From contig CM060733.1 of the NCBI GenBank assembly GCA_030704615.1, positions 13,144,001-13,208,000 of the forward strand: a DNA stretch of 64,000 bases, read 5' to 3'. The DNA comes from Takakia lepidozioides. Lineage: Eukaryota > Plantae > Bryophyta. Under the pieces are notes generated by a model. The model made no database searches. It was not told where the DNA came from and saw nothing but the letters and a program-made list of their open reading frames with translations. Below are positions 1 through 13,035 of this stretch, in pieces (positions within the stretch are counted from its first letter, which is position 1; each line of letters begins with the position of its first letter). The position numbers and the translations under genes were made by a program.

Positions 1-200
1 CTGGGAAAGGGTCAGCTATTTTTACAAAGGAGTTATCGAGGATAAAGTAAAGTAAAGTTTGTTTAACATCCAGTGAATCTACAGGGCCCACTGTTCAACA
101 CACTGTCGTGCACCTAAGCATTGTGCCACAACATACATTGTTGTTCAACCATTCTCCCTAGCATATAATCCTAGAAAGCTATGCCACAATCGCCCCCCTA
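1..200 (-). mobile_element. Start of a 3' LTR (runs off the window) plus polypurine tract of a Ty3/gypsy retrotransposon
   Basis: The minus strand reads AGGGGGGCGAT then TGTGGCA at 188, a PPT followed by TG, about 250 bp downstream of the integrase/PHD stop at 446. Confidence 0.6.
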
Positions 201-644
201 GCTGGTGATTAGCTCCCTCTAACACCGGATAGTTTGCAAGTATCCACCCCAATAAGATCATCGCTTGGTCTTCCATTGCACAAGTCCCAGTATCTGAAGT
301 CGATAGATCAAGAGGCCGTGTGCAAAAGTAGCCCCATCGTTAGTCGTCTTCCTACAATCCATGATCTTCAGTCGAATGTCTATGGCAGTGAATCCCCACT
401 AACAAGACCTTGGATCATTTGTCAACCTCACCATTGTCATGCTCACTACCTTTGTCCAAGACAGCGTGGACACAACTATTCGCCGATAGGAACCTCCTCA
501 AGTAGCGGTGTCAAACATCCCATGTGTCATCTCTTGGAGCATTTGTCACACACCAACATGGTTGTGGCACCCCCAGCATGCCCATATAACATGCAACGCA
601 ACCCTGTAGGTACCACTGCAAGATTGGGATTTATCATCTCATCC

Positions 645-2845
645 GGGGATTGCTAAACCGTGAGCAGAATCTGTGAGCAGAAAATTCCGTGAGCAGAATT
701 CTGCTCACGCTTCTCGATGTGCTCACTTATAACCGCGGACACCTATTCAGCTTAGAGGACCTATTACTGCGGGTAGTGTCCAGTATAACATGCATATCAA
801 TTCATCGTTATGGATGAATGACGGATGAATGATGGATGAATGGGCGATGAATATATGTTGGACGAATGGCACATGGATGAATGTAGTTTGTGGTTGAATG
901 CAAAATTAAAAAGCATTTTTGAGTAGTGGTTGTCAAATCCCCCGAGCTCCAGAATGAACCTCTGCCAACTATAGAGGGTTGTGGTTGTCCTTTCATCAGG
1001 TATCCTAAGTCGAGAGATATGCTGACACCCAATTGCAAAGAAGGTGGAGAGGCCATTTGGTGCTTTAATATAAATCATTTGAAAACAGCCGATTCATTCC
1101 GACGAAAATATCCACTGCTACGGAGTCCAAAACGAAGGAAGAACTGTCTATGAAGACACTAGCCTTGCTCTGCACAAAATCCTCTTTATCGTAAAGCACA
1201 GGAGAGGGAGAAGAGAATAGACTAAATTTGCAAGCTGCAGCCTCCGCATAACATGACATCTATAACGTCTTCTGGTGTGTTATTTGGAATGGCATCTACA
1301 AATTGTTGGGACCACATAACTTATAATTTGTTGTCATGTCCTTCTTCCATGTGACCAAAAATCCATGCTGGGTAAACGCCAGGTTTTTTGCTTGCAAAGC
1401 AGGGGTTAGGTTCATTTGCAAGTTTTCCAATTTTAATTTTATTTTTATTTTTCTCCGAATGTGCCAGATTAATGTGTCGTCAACGACACCTTAATCTACC
1501 TTAATCTGACTAGTCTTCTGGTGTGTTATTTGGGATGAATGGCATCTACAAATTGCTTGGACCACATAACTTATGATTCGTTGTCATGTCATTCTTCCAT
1601 GTGACCAGAAATCCATGTTGGGTAAACACTAGGTCTTTTGCTTGCAAAGCAGGGGTTGGGTTCATTTGCAAGTTTTCCAATTTTTATTTTTATTTTATTT
1701 TTTCCCGAATGTGCCAGATTAAGGTGTCGTCAACGACACCTTAATTTGGCTGGTCTTCTGGTGTGTTATTTGGGTGAATGACATCTACAAATTGCTCGGA
1801 CCACATAACTTATGATTCATTGTCATGTCCTTCTTCTATGTGACCAGAAATCCATGCTGGGTAAACGGTCTTTTGCTTGCAAAGCAGGGGTTGGGTTCAT
1901 TTGCAAGTTTTCCAATTTGACACCTTAATCTGGCTGGTCTTTCGGTGTGCTATTTGGGGTGAATGACATCTACAAATTACTCGGCTTATGATTCGTTGTC
2001 ATGTCCTTCTTCCAGGTGACCAAAAATCCATGTTGGATAAATGCCAGGTCTTTTGTTGCAAAGCAAGGGCTGGGTTCATTTGCAAGTATTCAAAAAATAA
2101 TAATAATAATATTTTAATATTTTATTTTCCCCGAATGTGCTAGATTAAGGTGTCGTCAACGACACCTTAATCTGGCTGGTCTTATGGTGTGCTATTTGGG
2201 GTGAATGGCATCTACAAATTGCTTGGCTTATGATTCGTTGTCATGTCCTTCTTCCACGTGACCAGAAATCCATGTTGGGTAAACGCCAGGTCTTTTGTTT
2301 GCAAAGCAAGGGTTGGGTTCATTTGTAAGTTTTCCAAAAAACAAAAAAACAAAAAATAATATTTTTATTATTTTTTGTTTTTTCCCCTCTGAATGTGCCA
2401 GATGAAGGTGGCGTTGACGCCAACTTAATCTGGCTAGTCTTCTGGGCCGGAATTAAGCTTCCGCCAAATTAAATACATTTATTTAAACTCAACAACACAT
2501 GGATTCCTGCGCACATGTTGTTATAGTCATCCATGGTTCATTCATCTGGGCAATTTTTCATCCGACACTCATCCAACGTTCATCCAATGTTAATCCATTC
2601 CCTTTTACGTTCATCATAGATACATTCATCCGACAACTTTTCATCGCACATTCGTGCCACATTGTCGTCATAGAGTCTGTCTGTCTTCGGTCCGATGGAG
2701 AGAAGATTGCGTCATTGCAGTGGAGTTTGTGTCCACGGCAATAGGCCCAATTGTTCCTTCGTTTTTAGGGTCCGCATCAATAATCTGCTCACGCTTGGGG
2801 GAATCTGCTCACGGATAAGGGAATCTGCTCACGCCTTTGCTGCCC
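645..2845. mobile_element. Non-autonomous Mutator-like DNA transposon (~2.2 kb), relative of the nested 22434-33748 element
   Basis: TCATCTCATCC is duplicated at 634-644 and 2846-2856 (10-11 bp TSD). Termini are GGGGATTGCTAAACCGTGAGCAG and CTGCTCACGCCTTTGCTGCCC, with iterated GTGAGCAG / CTGCTCACG subterminal motifs. Removing it restores the host reading frame. Confidence 0.85.
1267..2445. repeat. Five tandem ~240-bp units, each ending in a ~36-bp palindrome CCAGATTAAGGTGTCGTCAACGACACCTTAATCTGG
   Basis: Units start at about 1267, 1513, 1753, 1937 and 2179, with a partial unit at 2437. Palindromes lie at about 1464, 1713, 2139 and 2397; unit 3 keeps only a half-site. Confidence 0.9.
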
Positions 2846-3051
2846 TCATCTCATCCACATGTAGAAGGTGACATGACACACAATTGCACACATGGTCCTT
2901 CCACACCATGTCATCTCGACCCTCAAAAATCAATACTCTTGAAGGCAACACTTCCCTGACCCTTAGAATCACGCATCATGTCTGTGACAGCCAAGATCGT
3001 AGGCGCTGTCTGTTGCAGATATACATAGTCCCCGGGGTGAAAACGAGAACA

Positions 3052-5620
3052 TGACTGAACACAACAAGAGATCAGACTAGAAGTACAAGACTAGACAAGA
3101 AGTCAAAGTCGGCGCAGCCGAATGCATGATGGGTAAACAAGAATTAAGATGATCTTTATAACAATGGACAAGAGTACAAGAGACTGAAACTCGACTTGAA
3201 TACTGGAATGCTGGAAACTGGAGTAGAGTGCCAGATACTGGAAACTGGGCTAGAGTACTGGAAGTTGAACTGGGTACTGGAACTGGGAACAAGAGTAGAT
3301 TGAACTTGTGTTGGCGAGACTTATGAGTGTCCAGTCTCGCCTCTATATATAATAGCTACTATGAAGTTCCCTAAGAAGCTTCCCCAATGCAGGTTTCTTG
3401 ATGGAGAAGTTTCTTCCAAATGAAGCTTCATGAGCAGTTTCCCAAGTTACTCTCAGTAATTTGGTAAACTCCCGATCACTAACTTATGATAAATCATGGT
3501 AATTTTTGGTAACATAATAACTTGATAACTTCTGGTATTTATTCCTGGTAAGTTCCCCTGGGCTATGTCCGTGATAGATATCCCCCTCTACGCAGTTCCT
3601 TAAACTTGTGCGGGCTCCGAAAATGTATGCAAGCTGTGGTAGAATGGTCGGATGATTCAATGCTTGCCGCTTCAGAATGTTCGCAGGAGCATTCGAATCT
3701 TGAATCTGGTTTGGAGTGGCGATCCTTCGTACCAGGGAGTCTAAATCCATCGCAAGAGATAGACTAGGCTTATGGACATGGTAGACCAATACATGATAAT
3801 TTGAGCAGCTTGCAAACTCCTCAACCGACTCTTCAGTTCTGCCTCCTCAAATTGAAGGGCACCCCACCGGTCCATCCTATTTTGGACCGAGATATGTTTC
3901 CTCCGGATCATCATCCATATTTAATAGTTGCTTCCAGTCTGACGTGTCGGTTGGTTCCCACTACAAGTCCTCAGATTGAGCAGGAGTCGCATAGAAGTAG
4001 CACCTACACATATTTTCAGGTTGTTTCGGATCCGGAGGTGGTGGTTGTTAATAAATCAACGTACATAAGTAGTGTGCTGATGATGTGAATTGAGACGTGT
4101 TGAAGCCCATATTTTATGTTAGCGTCTCTAATGTGAACAATTAAGTGATACCCGTCATCAAACATGAAGAATGTCTCTCCAAACATATATAAATATATCA
4201 TATATATACCATCGCCGTATGACTCAAATTGATTGCTTTGGTGAATATTGATTACCCTGATATACCCGCCGGGTATATCACGGTATATTGATATATATAT
4301 ATCATGGTGTGGCAAGTTTAGGTACCCGGATGTAAACCCTTATATTAGGGTATATGTTCATGATATACCCTTATCCTTATATTTACCCTTCATCAAGATG
4401 TCCAATATACCAGTGTTGTACTGGTATGTGCAAGTAGGTTGGGGTATGTGCACTGGTATGAGTAAGGGTATTGTAGAACATACTAGTTGGGTATGTCTTG
4501 GGGCATAAAACCCGGCTATACCACGGACCCGGGTTTTGAACACTGGATCTACCCCTCTACCTACCATACCAATCTAAGTATGAACTACTTTGCAGATGCT
4601 CCCCCCATATGTCATTTGAGTTTTTGCCATACCCATGCCTGGAACCAAGGTATCTCAAAATTGAAAATACCCATACCCAACCTATAACCCACCCTGGCCG
4701 GTCCTAATACCCCGGGCCCTACCAGTTGGACCCAAGAGCCAAGTTGGACCTATCAGTACCAGTCTGGTATGTCAAAATGGACATACCAGTACAACATTGC
4801 AATACACCCTTACGGCCATTGGAAATAATTTATCCGTCATTACACCACCAAACCACTAGGGATAGATAGCGGTGTCAATATACCCTACTTTTCTAAAGGG
4901 CATATGTAAACTTCTAGGGTTTCGCCGCATGATAGCTGCCTTGGACCATTTACTTGCAAGGTATCTCGTTCTAATACCATCTAGAAGGTAGGTATAAGTA
5001 ACAGCAGGTAGGTCGTAAATCATATAATCGCATTGGTCCTGTGTTGTCCCATATCAATTGCCCGTAGTCTAAGTTAGACATCGCGCATGATACTTAAGCA
5101 GATGGGGTCTACGGGAGGTGGTCAGGGTGGTGAAGGCAAGGTGGTGAAGGCCTGTAGTAGGGCTCCGTATGTATACGGAGCCACGCTACCGTGTCATAGC
5201 CGGCCTCCTCAGGGCCAATCAAAAGGCGGCTATGCGGCGAGCAGCTCTCGACTGCTACTTAGGAGGTAGTTCACAATCTCTGAAGCTAGGTAGTTCGCAA
5301 CTCCAGGCAGTAGGTCACAAAATACAAAAAAAACTCATAGCAGACCTCCCCCACTCAAAACGTGCCACGTCGGTAGAGAATATTATAAAGGTTACGCTAT
5401 AGTGATAGCAGGCCTCCTCATAGCCCACTCAAAGAGCGCCACGTCTGCAGAAAAAATATTGTGAAGGTCACAAAATATGGATAGTAGTAATAGTGGACCT
5501 CCTTGAAACCACTCAAAACGCACCACGTGGGCAGGTAGGTAGCAAACGATCATGAAGGTTAGAGAAAATCGCATACCTTCTCCAGGCCAGTAGAATCGTG
5601 CCACATCATCAAGATGCTCA
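3052..5620 (-). mobile_element. Degenerate LTR-retrotransposon remnant(s)
   Basis: LTR-like segment at 3052-3576 with a PPT-like AGAGGGGGATA on the minus strand. PBS-like TGGTATTAGAAC (cf. tRNA-iMet PBS TGGTATCAGAGC) on the minus strand at 4968-4979. Short internal repeats at 5340-5560. No intact ORF, and the two putative LTR segments do not match. Confidence 0.4.
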
Positions 5621-6130
5621 TGTCAGTGCATTACGGGTACTGCAGGGGAATTCCAATGGATGACATCCGGGAATTGGGCGACGTAGGTTGCGTAGGAGGG
5701 GAAGACACGGATAAGAAATTAGAAGCTCCTGGGAGAGACAGCCCCCTTGACTTGCCACTCTATTCACCGTTGCTACACTTTTTCACTACATACTCTGGGT
5801 TATCAAGTAAGTGCCCTACGTGTCATTGAAGCATTGGAGAGTGATTAGTGTTGTCATCAAATCATTAGATTCTAGAAAGGTGGATGCAAGATGATTGGTG
5901 CAATAGATAAAATGCTCCCAATAATGTGGCCCAGACTAAGTAGAACAAGCCTAAAATGGCGATGGGCTCTCTTGCTTTGGCAAAACATAAGAGGAGGTGA
6001 GAGTAAGGGGCATGACGTAGCACAACGCACCAATTGCTGGCTTGACACGGTGTAAGGTCCATTGACCACATTTTCTCCATTGACTTCAACATGATGCAAA
6101 GTCTCTCTTTACAAGAGAGCCAATAAAGAG

Positions 6131-6385
6131 GGCGCACATTAGAAAAGGCCCGGGAGTTTAATGTGACTCGGTCCTGCCTGCGTGGCACCCCCCGCCACCC
6201 CAGCCGACCCCCTTCCCCGGCTCCTGCACGGCTCGCGGTCGTTGCGCCCCGGAGCCAGCCCAACCCTCCTCCCCCCCCCCCCGCCCGCCGGCCGTCACCA
6301 CACCACAAGAACTCTGTGGCACATGACACCTGTCACCACAACCCAACATCACACGCGGGACATATCGTGAGTCGAAAACATGGAT
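6131..6385 (+). repeat. Left terminal inverted repeat of the giant MULE
   Basis: Reverse-complement match to 35695-35994, including the C-rich tract and GAACTCTGTGGCAYATGACACCTGTCACCACAACCC. Confidence 0.93.
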
Positions 6386-6697
6386 CCATACATGGCAGAT
6401 GACACATACATGATGGTCACGAAAGTGACATGATGACCATCACGAAAGTCACATGATGACCATAGGCGTGAAGCCCTCATATATGCATGTATACACAAGG
6501 TTGTACATGTTCAAATTTCAAAATTCAAATTTGAAATTTAGTATTATTTTATGGATTGGGTCTACTTCTAGGATTTAGGATGGATGTATGTAGATACGGA
6601 TGGATGAGACCAGGAAGTATGTGTAATGAGAGGCAACCTCCAATCGTCACCTTCCTTTCATGGTCCTCTCAAACTGTTCTGACCACGAAAGCACAAC

Positions 6698-9330
6698 GTG
6701 CAGCCAGTACCAGCCGTGCCTCAGGTCCCTGAATTGCGCCACGATATGTCTGTTGCCGAGAATGAAGAAAACATTGCATCCCATCTTGTTTTGCTGCTTC
6801 GAAACCAAGTTCAAATGCCCAGTGTAGGTGCTTTTAACCATCATGTACTGCAGTGGCGTTTCCAATGGCGTGGCAAGCCTCATGGCCAAAACTCTGCCGA
6901 AGTCGCCTACATTCCCTGGAATCGAGTTGCTGATTTCATTACAAGGGAGTCTTCCCGTTCAGATGGCCCATGCACTTTCAGCAGGCATCAGCAAAGATGC
7001 CATCCGGAGGGGTCTCTCTTAGCTCCTCGCAGCAATAGTGCCAGGACTACAACAAGGTACATTGGGCTGCAGGTCATGTGTTGCAAGGGCTACTGAATGA
7101 TTTCCATGAATGTCCGAGTGCCTAAATCCCCTTGGTGTCATAGTAACGGATTATTTTTTTGTTATTGTAGGTATCACTGCTCATATGGTCCACAGGACAG
7201 AACTAGTTCCTTCTTGGAGGTTACCCCTACAATGGCACACAAGAAACGCTGAGTGAAGCCTGCAAAGAAGAAGGGGAGGAAGCCAAGAGCCACGGCCGCT
7301 TCCACTGAAGCAAAGCCAAAACAAATGAGGACCACACAAACAAAATCGGGGGAAGGTATCAAGAGGGAATGCATGTGCAGGTTTGTAGTGAAGCAATGCT
7401 ATGTGGACCCTGATATTGCAGAGCTGGTCTATTATGAAAAGAGACATGTGAATGGGGCTGGACAGGTCTGCCATGGACCTACGCATCAAGTAGGTCGCGC
7501 TTCATTAGCTCCCCACCTGAGCGATGAGATGAAATCATGGGTATTACACAACCTCCGTCTCGGACTAAGCATCAACAAGATAATGGCCAAGCACACGCAG
7601 AGGGTGAGGGAAATCATGGATGGGGGGTTTGAGGTTACTCGTGACACCTTCCTTCTTTCAAATGACATCCAAAATATTGCCAACAAGTGCGATGAAGAAA
7701 CATTCAAAAAGCACTCCAATGATGCACAAAATGTCCGAATGTGGGTGCATGAAAACGCAGAAAGCGTTTACTACTACCAGGAAGAGTCTAATCACCCTGC
7801 TTGGACGTTGAATGACAGAAAACTCGACCTTCCATTTGTGCTTGGCATACAAACTGATTGGCAGAGAAAACAGATGCTCAAACACGGCCATCGTCGCACA
7901 GTTGCTTGTGATGCAACCTTTGGAACGAATGAAAAGAAGGTTCGTCAGATTGTTAACCCGAATTTCTTGAAAGCATGACAAATTACGTTCTTCGTGTGAA
8001 GTACTCTGTTTTGCAACCATTTCCTCTCAAGTCACTTCAGTTACACATGATTGTTGTTGCAGTACCCGTTATATACCATGATGGTATTTGACGACTGGCT
8101 GAATGGTATTCCAGTGGCTTACATTATCACTGCAAGGTGCAAAACCATCGATCTAACGCCTTGGATGGAGGCACTAAACAAACAAATGACAAGTCGGCAA
8201 GTAGACTGGCGTCCCAATGCATTTATTGTGGATGACGCTGATGCTGAAATTGCTGCCATCAGGTACGTCCATGAATTCAGGCAATATGCCTACCATGATG
8301 TCTTGGTTACACATGAATTTCAGTTTACCTACCTGATAAGAGAACAGATCTGTTTGGGGGGATTGTGTTGTTTTCTTGTGCTTGTGGCATGTTCGCCGAG
8401 CCTGGCAGAAGAATGTAGTTGCAAAGGTGAAAGACCCAGTATTGCAAGCGGCTATCTTACAAGACCTGGCACAGATCATGTATGATAGAAAGGAGACCTC
8501 TGGGGATGCAGGTGAAGCATGGGCCGTATTCAAAATTCTGGACCTGCGGGAGAAGTACCCTTCTGAGACAGAATTCTGCACCTACATGGAGACAAAGTGG
8601 CTTCCAAAAGCCAAAATGTGGATGAAAGGATCCCGCAATATACCTCATGCCTCTCAAGACACTAATGCTGCCATAGAAGCATACCACGGGAACTTGAAAG
8701 CGCAATTGAAGAGCACCAAAAGCGTCCTCGGTAGTAGGCGGGTGGATTGGCTCATCTCTACAGGTGATGTGGTAACCCATTACTGGTACATGTCACATGC
8801 AAAGGCATATGGGTTCATCCGAAACAAGCGGCAGGAGGGATTTGTTTGCACTTCAATCTTGCTTGCCAAGGACATTCCAGATGCCAATGTGCATCTGCCT
8901 CATACACCCGGAGGCATTGCAACAGTTGAATGCCACCGCCATTTGGGTATGACATATACTATCCACAATCCGGATTCTAAATGGGCATGTCATTGGGCCC
9001 CAGAAAGGAAATATGTGCGCACACCAGGTGAAGGTTCTGACGATGTTGCACCCCCAAGTGGAGGATGGGCTGATTGCAAAGTTCTGCGGTTCCCTCATGG
9101 GCACATGTAAAGGTGGCCTGAACAACTTGATGACTTGCCAAGATGGAGGAGGGTCTTCGGTACCTTGCTGGGGAGCCAGTTATGACTGCTATTGATGATG
9201 GGAATGGAAAATCACTTGCGCGCTACAAAGACTTTTTGGAGAGGCATGGCTACTCGGGAAATTACCCACCCGTGCCCCAAGATTCCAGGACCAGGAAGAG
9301 GTTGTACACCGGCTGAAGGACTTCAGGTAA
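6698..9330 (+). pseudogene. MULE-domain (DDE) transposase with SWIM zinc finger, spliced, inactivated
   Basis: Exons give YHCSYGPQD...GIKRECMCRFVVK...HVNGAGQVCHG, then VACDATFGTNEKK|YPLYTMMVFDDWLNGIPVAYII...AFIVDDADAE, CLWHVRRAW (CxxH), TNAAIEAYH and a frameshifted SWIM (WAC..WA...CAHQVKV). In-frame TGA at 7250-7252. Resembles the plant At4g13970/At1g60560-type MULE-SWIM family. Confidence 0.9.
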
Positions 9331-10079
9331 GCCAGCATATGGAGGTCTCATGGATCCTGTCTTTCTCCTGGTTCTGAACTTTAGGTCTGTCATTTCCATG
9401 GGGTGTATGCTCAGTTAATGGGAAATGAGGCTGGTCTATGCAGGGATAATCTGAAGCAGCCCTTCCGACTGAACATGTCTTCAAATTTGTGTGTGCATGG
9501 AAATGGGATGGTGAACTATGAGGGGGTGGTGAAGTGCTTTGGATTAAATATTGTGGCTAATACATGTGATCTGCAGGAGACGGTGAGGAAGGCCAATGCA
9601 TATTTTCAGCCTGCCAACGAGGACTTGTATGTTGCTTTTCATTGAGGTTTAGGGTTCAGGACACACTCTGAACCGCCTCAGCGGGTTTGAAACCGAGCTC
9701 TGCGTATTGTTGCCTCGAAGAGGCGACTTTCTAGTATTGGAGACCATCGTAACAATAGCATCAGATACAGGGCTCATTCTCTTTCGGTTTGTAGCCTCAT
9801 CAAACTCTTACATGTGAGTTGGGATGTAGTTCAACTTGCTGGGAGTTTGGATCTTTGGTTTGGGTCACTGTAGTTCAGTAGGTATTTTGAATCAGGAGAC
9901 CTTCTTCAAATGCATGGGCTCAAACTCAGTTTCTCCATCATGAGGCAAGCATTTGCAAATGAAGATGGCATTCCAAATTTACACATTTACATGCATCTTT
10001 ATAGTTGAATACCTACTTTGAGTCGCTGGCCATGTACAACTGTTTCATTTGAAGTTGGTATTGTTTCCTTAGCAAAGGA

Positions 10080-10750
10080 CTAGCATTTAGGGTACAAAGA
10101 CATTTTCCAATGCTCTCTGGCGTCCAATACATAAGGTATTGAAGAACGATCACCCATACTTGTCTTCCACATGAAAGGGAGCATGCACAACCGACACGAA
10201 TACAATGCCCATGGAATGTTGTTATTTATATGATTGCAGAGCATAGGTGCAAGGACAGAGCTGCCAGTCATGTTACAGGGAACAACGTGGACACAAGTTT
10301 GTTCGGACCCCAAAATGTCTAAAATGTCAAGACTAAGCTTTCTGTCCATCATAAAATGCAGTTATGTTGCCCCCACTCCAGTGGGTTTAGATAGCAATAA
10401 ATATAATGCCTCTCCAACCACGTTTGTGAACAAAACATCCCACCGAGAATGAGAATATTGACTGTGGCAATGCCAATTCAAAACGACGCATCCCTCAAAA
10501 GCACCCGCCACTTTTTCCTGCCCTACTGTCATGTGGGTGGAGGCTGCCAATCAGAGACATTGCCTCCACTTCATGCATGTGTTGTCCATACATGTGGACC
10601 AATGCGCACCTCAGCGGATGGTGGAATCAGTATCCCTTTGCTCCTCAAGATGCATGTGCCCATCCGAAATCGTGCAGCACATGACTTACCCCCTCCAAAA
10701 GTCATGTTCTCCAGCCTCACCGAACACATACTCTCCCCACACGACACTGC
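10080..10750 (-). pseudogene. Degraded orphan ORF inside the MULE
   Basis: Co-linear in-frame ORFs 10362-10550 and 10080-10352 are separated by a single stop, and are divergent from the ORF at 10869. No family recognised. Confidence 0.35.
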
Positions 10751-10868
10751 CATTTAGCACTCCCAAACTCGTTGAGTTTCCTCAGATCCCCCATTGCCTC
10801 GTCGCACTCTCCCTCACCCATTTGCTTGGCCTTGCTGCCTCTTTCACTTCCGCCTCTCGCACTTAGCA

Positions 10869-11592
10869 ATGTCAGACGCTCAAGAAGGAGTAGGCAACTC
10901 CTGGCTGCAAGAGGAAGCTTTTGTTGATGTCGACACTCACAAGGAGTTGGTAAGAGATATTACTGGCATCGTGGGGACTCGCATCTCTGGATTGGAAGCG
11001 TTGGTGGATTGGTCAAAACCCACAACAGGGGATATCATTCTTACAGCACATATATCTGTAGGTAGAGTAGGCTGGTCTGGCTTTTACGATGACACCAACA
11101 GTGCAGCTGCAAAACAGCCTAAACACCGTTGTACTCAGGTCAAGATTCCTGTGTGCTCCTAACGAAGAGTGGGGGCCACATGCTTTGGGCCTGGACCCTT
11201 CAAAGGAGAACAAGTGTTTTCATATTCTTACCTTGTTTCAATGGGTGGATGAAGGCTGGGACTGCATTAAACTGCTGGACGAACTTCCTTCCCCCATCAT
11301 GCGCAAGCTTCAGAAGAGTTGCAGACCTGAAAGACCTTGGATCAGGGCTGGTGACATTGGCCTAACTATTGAGGATGGAGTGATGCATGTCATGTTTGCT
11401 TCCTTCATGCATTTGCGGAAGAACTCATCCTCGGTGTTTTTGCGTGTCTTGCCACATTGGGGGAGCAATCACTTCCACCACTCAGTCTTCTTCTTTCGGT
11501 GGGATATGCGAGTGTGTGTTTGGAAAAAAAGAATGATTAGGCAAGAGGTTCAGGTGCCTAATTATGAGTGGAATTTCAAAGAGGTTGACTAG
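10869..11592 (+). pseudogene. Orphan cargo ORF (~240 aa, one frameshift near 11085)
   Basis: MSDAQEGVGNSWLQEEAF... overlaps the 167-aa ORF 11089-11592. Protein-like composition, intronless, no family recognised. Confidence 0.5.
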
Positions 11593-11974
11593 TCAGTAGC
11601 ATCCTGAACCTCTTTCACAGGGGGAGGATAGTTTGCATCTTTTCTACGTTTGTGTGACCCTTCAGGGTGGAATTCTGGAAGCATGTGATGTTTGCTTGAA
11701 CAATGTAAATGCCAAAAACTAGATTGTCACAGCAATCTTTCCATATATTCATGTCCAATGTATACTCCCGGCATTCATGGTTTTTATTTTGCGCACACAT
11801 GGTTTGAAGGTTCTCCCACCTTACTTGCACATGCACGGGTTCATGCACTTGCATATGTTCTGAAGTAGGTGCACAGATGGAGTTGAAAGTGAATGACACT
11901 TGCTGGGAGTTGATGGAATCACTCAGTGTTGGGGTTTTCTCATCAGTGAGCAACCCTATTCAGGACCATACTCC

Positions 11975-13035
11975 TGACACCTCTGTTCACCAACATTGAA
12001 AATCAGGAGGCTCAGCCTAAAGCCCTGCTTTTCTTGGGGTATACAGCAGATGGATGCTTGTGCGGAGGGATTTCTGCAGGAAATCTGGAAAGCCTGAACA
12101 ATTTCCTGAACCAATTTTATATACCAACGTAAGTCTCAGTACTGGATTAACCCCTCACAAATGTAGGTCTATCGCCTCTTCTACTGCCCAACCATGGATG
12201 CGGGGTCTATGGCCACGACGCTATGGCAAACAACATCTCGTGAGTACTCCGGACCAGCAAGAACATAGTCTCTCCCTGCGCCTCTGTTCACCAACTTTCA
12301 ACCACTTTCACAAACTTTGTCGAGGCTGAGCCTAAAGCCCTGGCCATGTTGGGGTCTGATTGGTGGGCAGGTCAAACTCAGCAGATTCATGCATGTGTGA
12401 AGGACTTTCTAGAGGAATGAAGGAAAGCCTGAACAATGTCGAACATAGTCTCTCCCTGCAACTCTGTCATCAACTTTCAAGAGGTTTAAGAAACTGCGAT
12501 CTAGGCTGAGTCTAAAACCCTGGCCATGTGGGGGTCTGATTGTTGGGCAGGTCACCCTCAACAGGTTGATGCATGTGTGAAGGACTTTCTACAGGAATGA
12601 AGCAAAGTTTCAACAATCTCCTCAACCAAATTTTTGTATACCAACATAAGTCCCACTACTGGACTGAACCCCTCACGAAGGTAGGTCTATCGCCTCTTCT
12701 TCTGCCCGAGAATGGATGCGGGGTCTATGGCCACAACGCTGTGGCAAAGAACGTGTCGTGAGTACTTAGGACCATGTTGAACATAGCTGCTCCCTGCACC
12801 TCTGTTCACCAACTTTCAAGAGGTTTAAGAAACTGCGATCCTTCCTGAGTCTAAAACCCTGACCATGTGGGGGTATGATTGCTGGGCATGTCACCCTCAG
12901 CAGGTTGATGCATGTGTGAAGGACTTTCTAGAGGAACGAAGCAAAGGTTCAACAATCTCCTGAACCAATTTTGTATACCAACATAAGTCCCACTATTGGA
13001 CTGAACCCCGCACGAAGGTAGGTCTATCGCCTCCA
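11975..13035 (+). repeat. Tandemly amplified LINE 3'-end fragments inside the MULE
   Basis: About four diverged units containing GAGCCTAAAGCCC, GATGCATGTGTGAAGGACTTTCTAGAGGA and GGGGTCTATGGCCAC...GGCAAACAAC...TGAGTAC, homologous to the 3' end of the LINE at 50536-50800. Further inverted copies lie at 18125-18390. Confidence 0.8.

Larger units (their letters stand above)
446..3050 (-). pseudogene. Ty3/gypsy integrase C-terminus with PHD finger, degenerate, split by the 645-2845 insertion
   Basis: RFHPGDYVYLQQTAPT...LRVREVLPSRVLIFEGRDDMVWKDHVCNCVSCHLLHVD (2850-3050) joins in frame, once the insertion is removed, to EMINPNLAVVPTGLRCMLYGHAGGATTMLVCDKCSKR*HMGCLTPLLEEVPIGE*LCPRC. This is a C4HC3-type pattern with both Trp codons mutated to stops. 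Confidence 0.75.

Noticed and set aside
5865-6402. G/P/R-rich ORFs here and at 35657-36134
   Set aside because: They are translations of the GC-rich TIRs.
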